64,000 nt of DNA from positions 1 through 64,000 of the forward strand of contig CM000153.2 in the NCBI GenBank assembly GCA_000004695.1, in the 5' to 3' direction. Numbering within the stretch: the first letter of the stretch is position 1; each line of letters begins with the position of its first letter. The position numbers and the translations under genes are program-made. Shown one piece after another: positions 1-13,609 of this stretch. Source of the DNA: Dictyostelium discoideum (taxonomy: Eukaryota). The notes beneath the pieces were generated by a model. It was not told where the DNA came from. It ran no database searches and saw only the letters and a list, made by a program, of their open reading frames with translations.

Positions 1-100
1 NNNNNNNNNNNNNNNNNNNNNNNNNNNNNNNNNNNNNNNNNNNNNNNNNNNNNNNNNNNNNNNNNNNNNNNNNNNNNNNNNNNNNNNNNNNNNNNNNNNN
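1..100. other. assembly gap (run of N)
   Basis: 100 consecutive n characters at the start of the window. Confidence 0.99.
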
Positions 101-993
101 CACCATCTCAAGCTGTTGGTATTGTACCTTTGTTTATTAAAGTTCAATCAGAACAAGACTCTCAATCAATTGGTGTTTCAGATGTTTCAAATGAAGAAAG
201 AACAGCTATTATTCTTGAAAATCTCACAAGTTACCAAAATCAATGGAATTCAAAACCACCAAAGGGATTGAAAGTTGGTGATACTGTACTCTTTCTAGAA
301 ATTAAAAAAAATAATGATTTAAAAGTAATTAAAACATAAAGATTAATAATATATGAAACAGTAATAATTAACAAATTTTATATTTAATTCTAATAGAAAA
401 TATTGATTTTGTGTAAAATTCATAAGGTAATACAAGAAGACACTAAACAACTTGAATTTTTGGAAGATGGAATCAATAGCCTTCAAAAAAAAGGTTCATA
501 CTCTGGTTTTGTAGGAGGTAACAAGTTGGTTCTTTATAAACAATCAACAGTTGATATTTTTAGAACATCGCCAAACATACAAAAAGATATAGATTCTTTT
601 ACTTCTGGTCTTTATTTAAATAATGATGGGAAAGTTATTGAATTTCTGCATCAATTGGTAACACAAAATGATCCATTTAGGGTTTTGGAAGATGCTCTTA
701 ACAATCCATCAAATATTCCACCTATCATTAACGATAATCCATTTCAACACAAACTCAATAATGAAATGGAACAAGAAGAAATACTCCCATTTTTAAATAA
801 TAATCCAACAGCGCCAAATTTAATGAATTGTTTGAGACAGGATATGAATTTAAAAGAAATAGTACCACCAATACCTCAAGTACAAATAATACCATCATAT
901 ACTATACCACAATCTGGTAGAGGTATAGTAACAACTGTTAAACGTCTCAGAGGCCGTCCTCATAAGATACCAATTGTTAATAAACCTCCTTAA
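101..993 (+). CDS. 3' part of a gene that continues upstream of the window; hypothetical protein with a C-terminal AT-hook-like RGRP motif. Exons 101..324 and 397..993.
   Basis: The reading frame is open from base 101, the gap edge, so the gene continues upstream of the window. The ORF 130-339 ends ...NNDLK and is followed directly by GTAATT. A 72-bp AT-rich intron ends in TAATAG at 391-396. The next exon keeps phase 0 (KILILCKIHKV...) and runs to a TAA at 991-993. The C-terminus GRGIVTTVKRLRGRPHKIPIV resembles an AT-hook. No family was recognised. Confidence 0.45.
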
Positions 994-1004
994 AAATCAC
1001 ATTC

Positions 1005-1215
1005 TAAACCATCCAAATTACCTCTCAAATCACCATCCAAATCACCTCTCAAACTAACATCCAAATCACCATCCATTTCACCTTCCTCACCACCTTTTAA
1101 ATCACCATTTAAATCACCTTCCAATTAACCATTTAAATCACCATTTAAATCACCTCCCAAATCACCTCCCAAATCACCTCCCAAATCACCTTCCAAATCA
1201 CCTTCCAAATCACCA
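1005..1215. repeat. 12-bp-period minisatellite (CAAATCACCTCC-like units, about 17 copies, degenerate)
   Basis: Direct tandem units such as 'ccaaatcacctcc'/'ccaaatcaccttc' are visible. The minus-strand ORF 1125-1400 simply translates them as (GDLE/GDLG)n. Confidence 0.85.
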
Positions 1216-1376
1216 TCAATAGGAAAAATCGTTAATGTGATACCTTCAAAAAAAGTTGCAAAAACAAAGATAACAAGGACACAAAAATTAGAACTTGATT
1301 TGGTTGCAATTAATAGAAGGGGGTATGGGGAAATTAGAAAATAAAAACAAGTGGCCAAATCAAAAAAACAAAAAAA

Positions 1377-1432
1377 ACACAAATCAACACAAATCAACAC
1401 AAATCAACACAAATCAACACAAATCAACACAA
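1377..1432. repeat. 10-bp tandem repeat (ACACAAATCA)x5
   Basis: Five perfect copies of 'acacaaatca' are followed by poly-A. Confidence 0.9.
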
Positions 1433-1621
1433 AAAAATTAAAAAAAAAAAAAAAAATTAAAAATTAAAAAAAAAAAAAAATTGTAAAAAATAAAAAAAAA
1501 TTACATTTGTTAAAAAAAATAAAAAAAATAAAAAAAAATAAAACTTAAAAAAAATTGAAAAAACAAAATAAAAAAAAAAAAATTGAAAAAACAAAATAAA
1601 AAAAAATTTCAAAAAAAAAGA

Positions 1622-1933
1622 ATGATCGAAGAATTAATAGATTCGATAAAACTCTTAAGAAATTTAGCCATTGAATATGGCAATGAAGAATAGTTAGATT
1701 TAGAGGAAAATTTGACTAAATTCCTCGAAAAAGCAGCCAAAGTACTATATGTAAATAGTGGTGATGCTTTCGTTAAAAATTCAAATATGATGTTAGAAGC
1801 ATTAGAATTAAAATCAAAACAATTTCACCAACATTGTGTAAAAACTGTAATAGAAAACGAATTATATTTGGACTTTTTTTGTCAAGGTAGGATACAAAGG
1901 AATATGCAAAAACCTCAAATGCACCAGAGGTAA
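1622..1933 (+). other. two short adjacent ORFs, MIEELIDSIKLLRNLAIEYGNEE* and LTKFLEKAAKVLYVNSGDAFVK...FFCQ, ending at a GGTAGG; possible degenerate element-derived or orphan coding fragment
   Basis: Codon usage looks non-random in an otherwise poly-A/T context. There is no ATG-initiated long ORF and no homology I can recognise. It lies at the edge of the repeat cluster. Confidence 0.15.
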
Positions 1934-2169
1934 CAAAGGTAGAAAAAATTCAATTGGGGGCAGGGGTTACAGGGGTATGGTAAATCAAGCCATTGAACAA
2001 CTCAGGGAGGTTATTAAAATTAATTTATTAAAATTAATTTAAAAAAAAAAAATTGGAAAAAAAAAAAAATTTACAATAATAATAAATTAAATTATTATTT
2101 AAACCAAAAATTAAATTACCATTTTATTAACCAATTAAAATTGGAAAAAATTTTAAAAAAAAAAATTGG

Positions 2170-2201
<32 letters not shown>

Positions 2202-2565
2202 ATCAATAAAAATAATAATTAAAACAAAAAAAAAATTTTAATTTAATAAACAAATAAAGGTCAGTGATTTTTTTTTTCACTGCGCTACTGTAGTGAAATT
2301 AAATAATAAAATTCACTACGTTACTGTAGTGAAATTTTATGGAAAATTCCCTACACAATAAATAATAATTTAATAATGAAACGTATTGTATACGTTCCAA
2401 ATCTCGCATTTTTCGTTGTTTTTGTAAAAACGAAATATGTCAAAAAATTTAAAAATATAGTTTTTTCACTAATACATTTTTCATTATTAAAAACATCGTG
2501 TAATTTATTATCTTTAATGTTTTATTAGAATATCTATTTAGAATTAAACAATAAACTTTTTCGAA

Positions 2566-2760
2566 TTAAAATTATCGTAAAAACTACCTTTAAAATTACC
2601 TTAAAAATTACCTTTAAAATTACCTTAAAAATGAATTTTTTAACGCGGCTTTAAATTCAATTTAAATCCAATTTAAATCAAATTTGCTTTAAATTTGCTT
2701 TAAAGGTGGTTTTTTCTTCGCTGTGTAACTGTGGTTATAATTTTATCATTTAACGCGCTA
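2566..2760 (+). repeat. copy A of an unclassified interspersed element terminus: (TACCTTTAAAATTACC)n, then GATTTAAATTGGATTTAAAT..., ending ...CTTTAAAGGTGGTTTTTTCTTCGCTGTGT
   Basis: The same ~190-bp sequence recurs inverted at 5085-5300 and direct at 5800-5935, within about 3.5 kb. It is probably a Dictyostelium transposon or retroelement end. I cannot name the family from sequence alone. Confidence 0.6.
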
Positions 2761-3256
2761 CCTAACGTATGAACAATCTAAAGAGGCCCCATTGCGCTAC
2801 AATATAAATCAGATGATGATAATCAAGGTTTCGGAACACATGCAACTGCTTCAAAAAAAATTGAATTACAATGGAGAAATGAAAACCCCATGGGGGGATG
2901 AAGCTGGGAAGTAAATTCCGGATTTTTTAGAAAAATCGCTTAGAAAGGGAGCGGCTTGTAGAAGCATTTTAAAGAGACAAGGCCTGGTTAACGCGGAGCG
3001 TTATATACATGAGCCAGTGCCTAAGTTAGTATTTTGTATTTAATATTATAAAAAAATAAATAAATAAATGAAAAAATAGGATATAATAAATAAAAAAATA
3101 AATAATTATTAAAAAAAAAATAAAAAATTTAAAAAAATAAAAAATAAAAAAAATTACTGTTGTAAATGTAAAAGTCACTCACACTAATCTTCAATCCATT
3201 GTCACCTTTGTTCAATCTTTAATCGAACTAGTCCAATCTTTAATCTAATTATTTAA

Positions 3257-3631
3257 TTAATTCCACATGAAGGATAGAAAGAGTGAAAGACTAATATCAT
3301 AATGTAACAACTGGTGGTCGGTATCATCAGTGTTAATTTTTCCTAATGATTTCTTTATTGTGTTGGTTATTGCTGCTGAAGTTATTGGTGTTGTAATGTT
3401 GGGTGATGATGGTGGTGTCGTATTGTTATTCAATTGTTGTTGAGATTGTTGATTTACTAATTGAATGTGTTGTTGAAGAAGTTGATTTTGTTTATCTATT
3501 ACCTGCTGCTGTTCCCTTATCTGACGTTGCTGTTCATTGAATGTTGATACCTGTGGTTGTTGTTGTTGTTCCTCATTATCCTGTTGTTGCAATTCATCAT
3601 TATCAATATCTTCGTTATTATTAGTTGACAT
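3257..3631 (-). CDS. hypothetical Gln-rich small protein (124 aa, MSTNNNEDIDNDELQQQ...)
   Basis: ATG-initiated ORF with an AT-rich upstream region and a coiled-coil-like Q-rich composition. It sits inside the repeat cluster with no recognisable homology, so it may not be a real gene. Confidence 0.25.
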   Translation of the reverse strand: MSTNNNEDIDNDELQQQDNEEQQQQPQVSTFNEQQRQIREQQQVIDKQNQLLQQHIQLVNQQSQQQLNNNTTPPSSPNITTPITSAAITNTIKKSLGKINTDDTDHQLLHYDISLSLFLSFMWN

Positions 3632-3740
3632 TCTCTTAAAATAAATTATTTAATAAAATTTAATTATTTATTTATTCTATTATTAAAGTGAAATGATTAA
3701 TTATTTAAGAAATAAATGTACACAAAATTAATTAATGACC

Positions 3741-3862
3741 GTAGCCCTATCGTGTTTTTATTATTTGTATATATTTATTACTGAGGTTGAATTGGAAACC
3801 TAGTTTCCTTTTTATAGTCCTTAGATTTGAGCGAACTCAAATCTATTAACTACTCCAACCTC
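3741..3862. other. GC-enriched nested-stem structured element (candidate ncRNA or foldback element)
   Basis: An outer inverted repeat GCCCTATCG...CGATAGGGT encloses a 7-bp inverted repeat GAGGTTG...CAACCTC. That in turn encloses two perfect hairpins, GGAAAC-cta-GTTTCC and TTTGAG-cgaa-CTCAAA. The GC content is well above the flanks. Confidence 0.35.
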
Positions 3863-4046
3863 GGCCGATAGGGTTAAAATAATATAATATTGTGTTAAAA
3901 TTGGATCTAATTTAATTATTATTTTCTCTTCTAATTAAATTATTTTTAAATTTTTATTATTATTTTATATGGTGATTTTGTGTGTGACATTTTTAATATC
4001 TGGTATCTAATATCTGTTATGAAAACTTTTTGTGAAATTCAAATTA

Positions 4047-4094
<48 letters not shown>

Positions 4095-5084
4095 AAAATT
4101 AAATTTAATTTAAAATTAATTAAATTTAATTACAACGGGAGAAAACCCCTTTAAACAAAACAATAAAATAAATTATTATTATTTTCTGAATTGTATGTGT
4201 CATAACAAAATGTTGAAACAAAACTATATTCTGAATTATTATTATTTATTTTTGAATTATTGTTTAGTTGTGTTTAGTGAGTTTATTATATAAAATGAAA
4301 CAATTTATTAAAATGAATTAAGTTAGTAATAATTAATATTGAATTATCAATTCAATATTAATAGTTATTTTTAAATGTTCTGTTTAGAACATTTCATAAA
4401 ATTAAATAAATATTAGTATTAACAAGATATTTTTTTGAGATCTTGTTACACATAAAAGTAAATATACAGATAATTAAAAGTAAGGTCGTTATGAAACTAA
4501 ACCGAAAATCAGAATTTTTATTGTTTTTTTAAATTTTAATTTAATTTAATTTAATTTAATTTAATTTTTTATTTTTCAACTGAAAAAATAAAAAATTAAA
4601 AAATAAAAATTAAAATTAAATCAAATATTTTTACATGGAGATGCGCGAATTTGTTACGTTGTTGAGCTCATACTAACTTTAAATTAATTTAGTTTTGAGT
4701 CTCTAACAGTAAAACTATTATTAATCTAAGAAATTTCGTTTACCATTCTTAGATTAATAATAGTTTTATATTATTTATATTTATATTATTTAATTTTTTT
4801 TTTATTTTTTTTAATTTTAATTTTTTTTTGTTGGTTATACACAACAAATTCAAAATGTGGTGTCCCTTTGTTAAGTGGAAATTTTTATATGGCAAAAAAA
4901 AAGAATTTTCTTTTACGTCTATGTTTTAAACAACTAAAACCAGTTTATACCAAAATAAAATAAAAAATTAATATTTAACAGTGGACCTATCAGTGAAAAA
5001 TTGAATTAATTCTGAATAAATAAAGTTGTTTTGAAAAAGATCGAGTTACCAGGAGGAAGTTGCACAGCAAAGAAAAATGCACCT

Positions 5085-5300
5085 TTAAAGCAAATTTAAA
5101 GAAAAGTTGATTTAAATTGGATTTAAATTGAATTTAAAGCCGCGTTTAAAAAATTCATTTTTAAGGTAATTTTTAAGGTAATTTTTAAGATATTTAAAAA
5201 TGCCTTTAAAATTTGCTTTAAAATAATTTTTTAAGCAATTTTAAAGGTGATTTTAAAGGTGATTTTAAAGGTGATTTTTAAGGTAATTTTTAAGATAATT
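5085..5300 (-). repeat. copy B (inverted orientation) of the element terminus seen at 2566-2760, plus additional GGTGATTTTAAAGG and TAATTTTTAAGG sub-repeats
   Basis: The reverse complement of 5090-5200 matches 2600-2705 almost base-for-base: ...AAAATGAATTTTTTAA(A)CGCGGCTTTAAATTCAATTTAAATCCAATTTAAATCAA... The copy ends CTTTAAAGGTG before diverging. Confidence 0.6.
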
Positions 5301-5497
5301 TTTAAGATATTTAAAAATACCTTTAAAATTTATTTTAAATTAATTTTAAATAGGATTTAAAGTAGATTTAAAGTAGATTTAAAGTGAATTTAAATTTCCT
5401 TTAAACATAAATTTAAGGTTTTTAATAAAAAAGATCTAATTTTAGAACAAAAAAATGGGGATAAAATATTCTATCATTTTTAAATTTTCATCAAAGC

Positions 5498-5570
5498 AAT
5501 CAAATGGTGTAATGGTTGATGAGACTACCCTTTGATAGAGGGTCGGGGGATCGAATCCCTTTTGGTAATT
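5498..5570 (+). other. tRNA-like fragment
   Basis: It contains a B-box/T-arm-like GGGGGATCGAATCCC, a perfect anticodon-type stem-loop ACCCT-TTGATAG-AGGGT, and a D-loop-like TGGTGTAATGGTTGA. I could not fold a complete cloverleaf: there is no acceptor stem and the variable region is only 1 nt. It is therefore a pseudogene, fragment or SINE-like sequence. It lies among the element copies and next to an N gap. Confidence 0.25.
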
Positions 5571-5675
5571 TTTGAAAAAATTAAAAAAAAAATTTTAAAA
5601 AATTTATCCGTTAAATAACGGCTTCGAACTCAGGACCTCGCTTTTAAAGCGATTAAAAAGGTAATTTTAAAGGTA

Positions 5676-5775
5676 NNNNNNNNNNNNNNNNNNNNNNNNN
5701 NNNNNNNNNNNNNNNNNNNNNNNNNNNNNNNNNNNNNNNNNNNNNNNNNNNNNNNNNNNNNNNNNNNNNNNNNNN
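5676..5775. other. assembly gap (run of N)
   Basis: 100 n characters. The flanks are repeat copies, which is consistent with an unresolved repeat. Confidence 0.99.
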
Positions 5776-5799
5776 CCCCCCAAAACCTTTTGTCTTTTT

Positions 5800-5935
5800 A
5801 AGGTGATTTTAAAGTAACCTTAAAAATTACCTTTAAAATTACCTTTAAAATTGCTTTAATTCAGGACTTTAAAGCAAATTTAAATTTAATTTAAAGCGAA
5901 TTTAAAGGTGGTTTTTTCTTCGCTGTGTGGGTTGG
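5800..5935 (+). repeat. copy C (direct orientation) of the element terminus, ending CTTTAAAGGTGGTTTTTTCTTCGCTGTGTGGGTTGG
   Basis: Matches 2690-2745 closely: (TACCTTTAAAATTACC) units, then GCAAATTTAAATTTAATTTAAAGCGAATTTAAAGGTGGTTTTTTCTTCGCTGTGT. Confidence 0.6.
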
Positions 5936-5939
5936 AAAA

Positions 5940-7020
5940 AAGTTTTTTTTTTTTTTTTAAAATGTATTATTTAAAACAAAAATTTTATATAATATTAAAC
6001 AATATTTGTTATGACAATTGTGGAATTAAATTTAGTATGTAGTTATAGAGAAATAAAGAAAATATAAAAAAAATGAACTTCGAAAAAAAAGGAGCTTCAA
6101 AAAAAAAAAACTATATATAAAATAAATCCTTTATTTTAGCCCCAGTATTTCTGATTTTTTTTGTAAATCATTCTTTTATTTTATTTATTTTTTTTATATA
6201 TATTTTTTTTTTTAATTGTTAATAAAAAAAAAAAAAAAAAAAAAAAAATAATATGGCCAGTGAAAAATTTTTCGCGAAAAGATTGATCTTTTCAGGGAAA
6301 ACTCGATCTTTTTCAAAATAACTTTATTTATTCAAGAATTAATTCAATTATTCACTGATAGTTTCTAAATTGTGGGTATTTTGTTAAAAAAAAAAAATAA
6401 AAAAATTTGCTGGTTTGGATTAATTTTTTTTATTTTTTTATTGGACCTTTCTGTGAATAATTGAATTAATTCTGAACAAAAAAAGTTATTTTGAAAAAGT
6501 TCGAGTTATCCCGGAAAAGATAAATCTTTTGGCGAAAAATTTTTCATTTTTCATATTATTTTTTTTTTTTAATTTTTTTCATTTATTCACAATTAAAATA
6601 AAAATTATAATAAATAAATAAATAAAATAAATAGTATGATTGACAAAAAAAAATCAAAAATACCGGGGCTCAAATAAAGGATATATTTTTTATATGTAGT
6701 TTTTTTTTTTTTGAAGTTCCTTTTTTTTTTTCGAAGTTCATTTTTTTTTTATTTCCTTTATTTCTCTATAAATACAACCAAATTTAATTCTACGATAGGT
6801 CTTAACAAATATTGTTTAATATTATTTAAAATTTTTGTTTTAAATGTGTTTTATTAAAAAAAAAAAAAAAAAAACATATGAAAAGTGAAAAATTTTTCAA
6901 AAAAAAATAAACTTTTTTTGAAATAACTGAATTTATTCCGGGATAACTCGATCTTTTTCAAAATAACTTTATTTATTCAGAATTAATTCAATTATCCACT
7001 GAAAGGTCCATTTTAAAAAA
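5940..7020. mobile_element. ~1.1 kb imperfect palindromic (foldback) non-coding element built from inverted ~70-bp core repeats (GGACCTATCAGTGAATAATTGAATTAATTCTGAA...GATCGAGTTA)
   Basis: 5945-6150 is the reverse complement of 6660-6840. Examples are AACAATATTTGTTATGACAATTGTGGAATTAAATTTAGT versus ...AAATTTAATTCTACGATAGGTCTTAACAAATATTGTT, and GAACTTCGAAAAAAAAGGAGCTTCAAAAA versus TTTGAAGTTCC...TTCGAAGTTC. The core repeats at 6290-6365 and 6945-7012 are inverted relative to 6441-6512. Further core copies lie at 4985-5060 and 8812-8915. There is no ORF. Confidence 0.55.
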
Positions 7021-7639
7021 ATGCCACAATTTGAATTTGTTTTGAACATTTTTAATTTTTTTATTTTTTTATTTTTATCGGTTTTTTTTAACTTGTCACA
7101 CTTAAACAAATAAAAATCAACATATAAACCAAAAACAATACAACATCAACATATGAATCATCAATAACTAATCCACTACCATATGTAGAAAGCTTCAAAG
7201 AAGAAAAGATAAAACGGATTAACAATTTGGTTTAATGGTTTCCATAAACATCAAACAACTATAGAAATTCAAGTGGTTTTCAAGTGATAAATCCCATCCG
7301 AAATGAAAAAGCAGCATCTATTGGTAGATAGCATCCACTTATTTGGTCGATAATATTAGTTCAACATTGGATATAAAAAGAGATAAGTTTTAGTATATAG
7401 TTTTTTATTTTAAGGGGACAGGCCCCATTTTCAAAAAATTACGGGGAACCTATGACCCTGTGTACACTGAAGAAGAACAATAACAAAAAAGAAAAAGAAA
7501 TAAAAGTCGAAGAAAAAGAAGAGGAGGGAAAAGAAAAACAAGAAAAGATAAGTACTAAAAGTTTTTGCTCAATCCAAAGAATGTGTTTCCAATAGCGTAT
7601 TCGCACAGTTATCACCAACACAATCAACAGCAACCAACA

Positions 7640-7915
<276 letters not shown>

Positions 7916-8516
7916 AGTCAAGATCCATCAGCAATATCAAAAAACCTTAAAAATAACAACCAACAAATTCAGTCATAAATCAATTCAACAAAACCTAATA
8001 ACATTATCAACAACGACCCAATCGATGATTACAGTTTTAATCAATGAAAGAAATGATTTTTCGAAGGATTGTATCTGCAATAGACTTTAAATCTACCAAA
8101 AGGGTTTTGATAGATAGTAGTATGCTATTTGGTTTATTAATATATTATACAATGTCGGTTATACGTTGGTCGTAGTTATATATGTAATTGTAATGGTAAA
8201 GTGGATAAGTCTCACGCTAAATCGATTAGTAGTGGTAATAGTGAATTATCAACCTCCATTGGTCCATAAACTACTCATGTTAAATCGTCAACCACTAATG
8301 CCTCAACTACTCATGCTACATCAACTACAACTGGTGCTCTGGCATTAAATCAAGTGGCAGTGATGGTAAACTTCAAATACAGGCCACACTCTTTGTCAAC
8401 TACTGGTTTTGAAATTTAAAGAAGAAACAGACTCAATCCCAATTTTCTTTTTGGGAAATTAAAAAATAAAATATTGGATCCTTTAATTTTTAAATTCCAA
8501 AATTTTCAAAATCTAT

Positions 8517-8547
<31 letters not shown>

Positions 8548-8699
8548 GAAAAAAATAGATAATTTAGAAAACTAACTTTTTGTTTTTATTTGTTTTTTTT
8601 TTTTTTTTATATCTAGTAATAAGAAAATGACTCATTATTGATCCATTAAAAATGACTCTATTATTATTATTGATCCATATGTTTTTTTTTTTTTTTAAA

Positions 8700-8920
8700 T
8701 GAATGATTTAAAACAAAACTTTTAAATAGTGTTAAACAATTTTGTAGAATTAAATTTAGTAAGTAATTATGAGAAATAAAGAATAAATCAACTTGATCTT
8801 TTTTTTTTTTGAGAATTAACTCAATTATTCACCGAAAGGTCAATTCCCGAATAAATCGATCTTTTTAAAAATAATTTTTTCTTTTCAAAATTAACTCAAT
8901 TATTCATTGAAAGGTTTAAT
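8700..8920. repeat. additional fragments of the 5940-7020 element family
   Basis: 8700-8770 resembles 5945-6060 (...AAAACAAAACTTTTAAATAGTGTTAAACAATTTTGTAGAATTAAATTTAGTAAGTAATTATGAGAAATAAAG...). 8812-8915 carries two copies of the core GAATTAACTCAATTATTCA(C/T)(C/T)GAAAGGT. Confidence 0.55.
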
Positions 8921-9045
8921 GTTTAAAAGTTTTGTTTGAATCATGCATTTTATTAAAAAAAAAAACAATCAGAAATGAAAATTTTTTCAAAAATTTTTTA
9001 GAAAAAGATTCAATGAGTTATTATAATAATAAAAATACACTTTTA

Positions 9046-11927
<2,882 letters not shown>

Positions 11928-12159
11928 ATTTTCATTTATTTAAAATATTAAAAAAAAAAAAATTAAAAAAAAAAATAAAATAAAATAAATAAAATAAAAT
12001 AAAAAAAAAAAAATTGAAAATAAAAAAAAATAAAAAATAAAAAAAATAAAAAAATTAGTATGATTAATAAATCAAAAATTAGACCCAAAACAAATAAGTT
12101 GGCGAAAAAAAAAATAAAAAAATAAAAAAAAAAATAAAAATAAAACTCAAATGATTTTT

Positions 12160-12480
12160 TTATTTTATAATTTTATTATTATTTAATTATCCGAATTTTA
12201 CCTTTCTTTTTCTACCTATTTTCATTAATTTTGAGACATCAAATACAATATTGAAGTCATTGTTTTCATTAAGTTCAGCTGAGAAGCAAATAATGAGGGC
12301 AATTTTTGAGAAATCATCTAAATTACCTCTGAAAATTTAAAATTTTATCTACTATTTGTAGTTTTAAGAATAGGTGCTCAATAAACACTCAATTGTATTT
12401 GATTCCTCAAAATTAATGGAAATAAGTAAAAAAAGAAAGGTAAAATTCGGATAATTAAATAATAATAAAGTTATAAAGTA
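12160..12480. other. ~320-bp imperfect palindrome in the divergent ABC-transporter/mcm7 intergenic region
   Basis: TTTATTATTATTTAATTATCCGAATTTTACCTTTCTTTTTCTACC (12160-12210) is the reverse complement of GGTAAAATTCGGATAATTAAATAATAATAAAG (12440-12480). Inner arms match too (TCAAATACAAT / ATTGTATTTGA). It resembles a MITE or a regulatory stem. Confidence 0.5.
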
Positions 12481-12866
12481 AAAAAATTATTTTTTGTGTT
12501 TTAATTATTTAAAAAAAAAAAAAAAAAAAATTTCGTTTATTATTATTTTTTATTATTATTTATTTTTTTAGTTTTTTTAAAGAAATCAAAAATTAAATAG
12601 AGCGAAAATAATAAATAAAATAAATAATTTTATTATTAATAATAATATTGATTTTTGATAATTATTTTTTTTTTATTGAATTATTTCATTTTATAAAATT
12701 ATTATTTAAATCTTAAATAAAAATGAAAAAAATAATTAACAATTTTTAAAAACCCGCCTTTTTTTTTTTTTTTCAAAAAAAAAAAATTCACTTTGTAAAT
12801 AAAATTTTTTTTATTTTTTTTTATCCTACATATGTAAATATACAACAAAAAAAAAAAAAAAAAAAA

Positions 12867-13545
12867 ATGGAAAACAAACCATATACTCCTTTTAATAATA
12901 ACAATAATTTTAAAAAAAAAAATAATAACAACAATAATAATAAAAAAACATTTTTTAAAGATAATGATGGGAATAGCAATAATATAACACTATCAACAGG
13001 TTTGGATTATTTATCAGAAAAAGAGAAATGTAAAGATTTTTTAAACTTTTTTAAATGTACAGATAATGGTAATATTGGTGGTTTTGAAAAATATGTAGAA
13101 ATGATGAAAGAGATCACACAAAGGAAAAGAAAAAACTTTGATATAGAATTAGATGATGTATACAATTTTAATAGAGACCTTGTATTTGTTGAGTCGATTG
13201 AAAATCAAACATCAACCTATCTTAGACTATTTACCTATGCATTGGATGAACTTATACCACCACCAGATTTATCAAGTACAAGATCAGCAATGGGTTTTAA
13301 TAATGATGATGGTTTCGATAAGAACAAAGAAGATCAAAAGTTTTATCAAAATTCTGATATGGTTTTAGACTTATTGGCATCTCAAAGAATACAAAGAAAA
13401 AAGTTTTTACAAGAACAAAATAGATTAGATCTCGATAGTAATGAATTTGATTTTCCTCAAGAAATTATTAGAAGATTGTAATTTTCAATTATTATTTCTC
13501 TTTTTATAATAATAATAAATAATAAATAATAAATAATAAATAATA

Positions 13546-13609
<64 letters not shown>

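Noticed and set aside
1005-1215. 12-bp tandem repeats considered as a CRISPR-like array
   Set aside because: The units are contiguous with no spacers, in a eukaryotic genome. This is an ordinary minisatellite.
5610-5660. GGCTTCGAACTCAGGACCTCGC, which superficially resembles a tRNA T-arm on the minus strand
   Set aside because: The reverse complement lacks a 7-nt T-loop closed by a 5-bp stem. It has no D-arm or acceptor partner. It is contiguous with the TACCTTTAAAATTACC repeat.
8100-8420. Moderately GC-rich stretch with a Thr/Ser-rich open frame (TTHVKSSTTNASTTHATSTTTG...)
   Set aside because: No ATG and no splice signals. The frame is closed within 60 codons on both sides. It may be a degenerate element fragment, but there is not enough evidence to call it.
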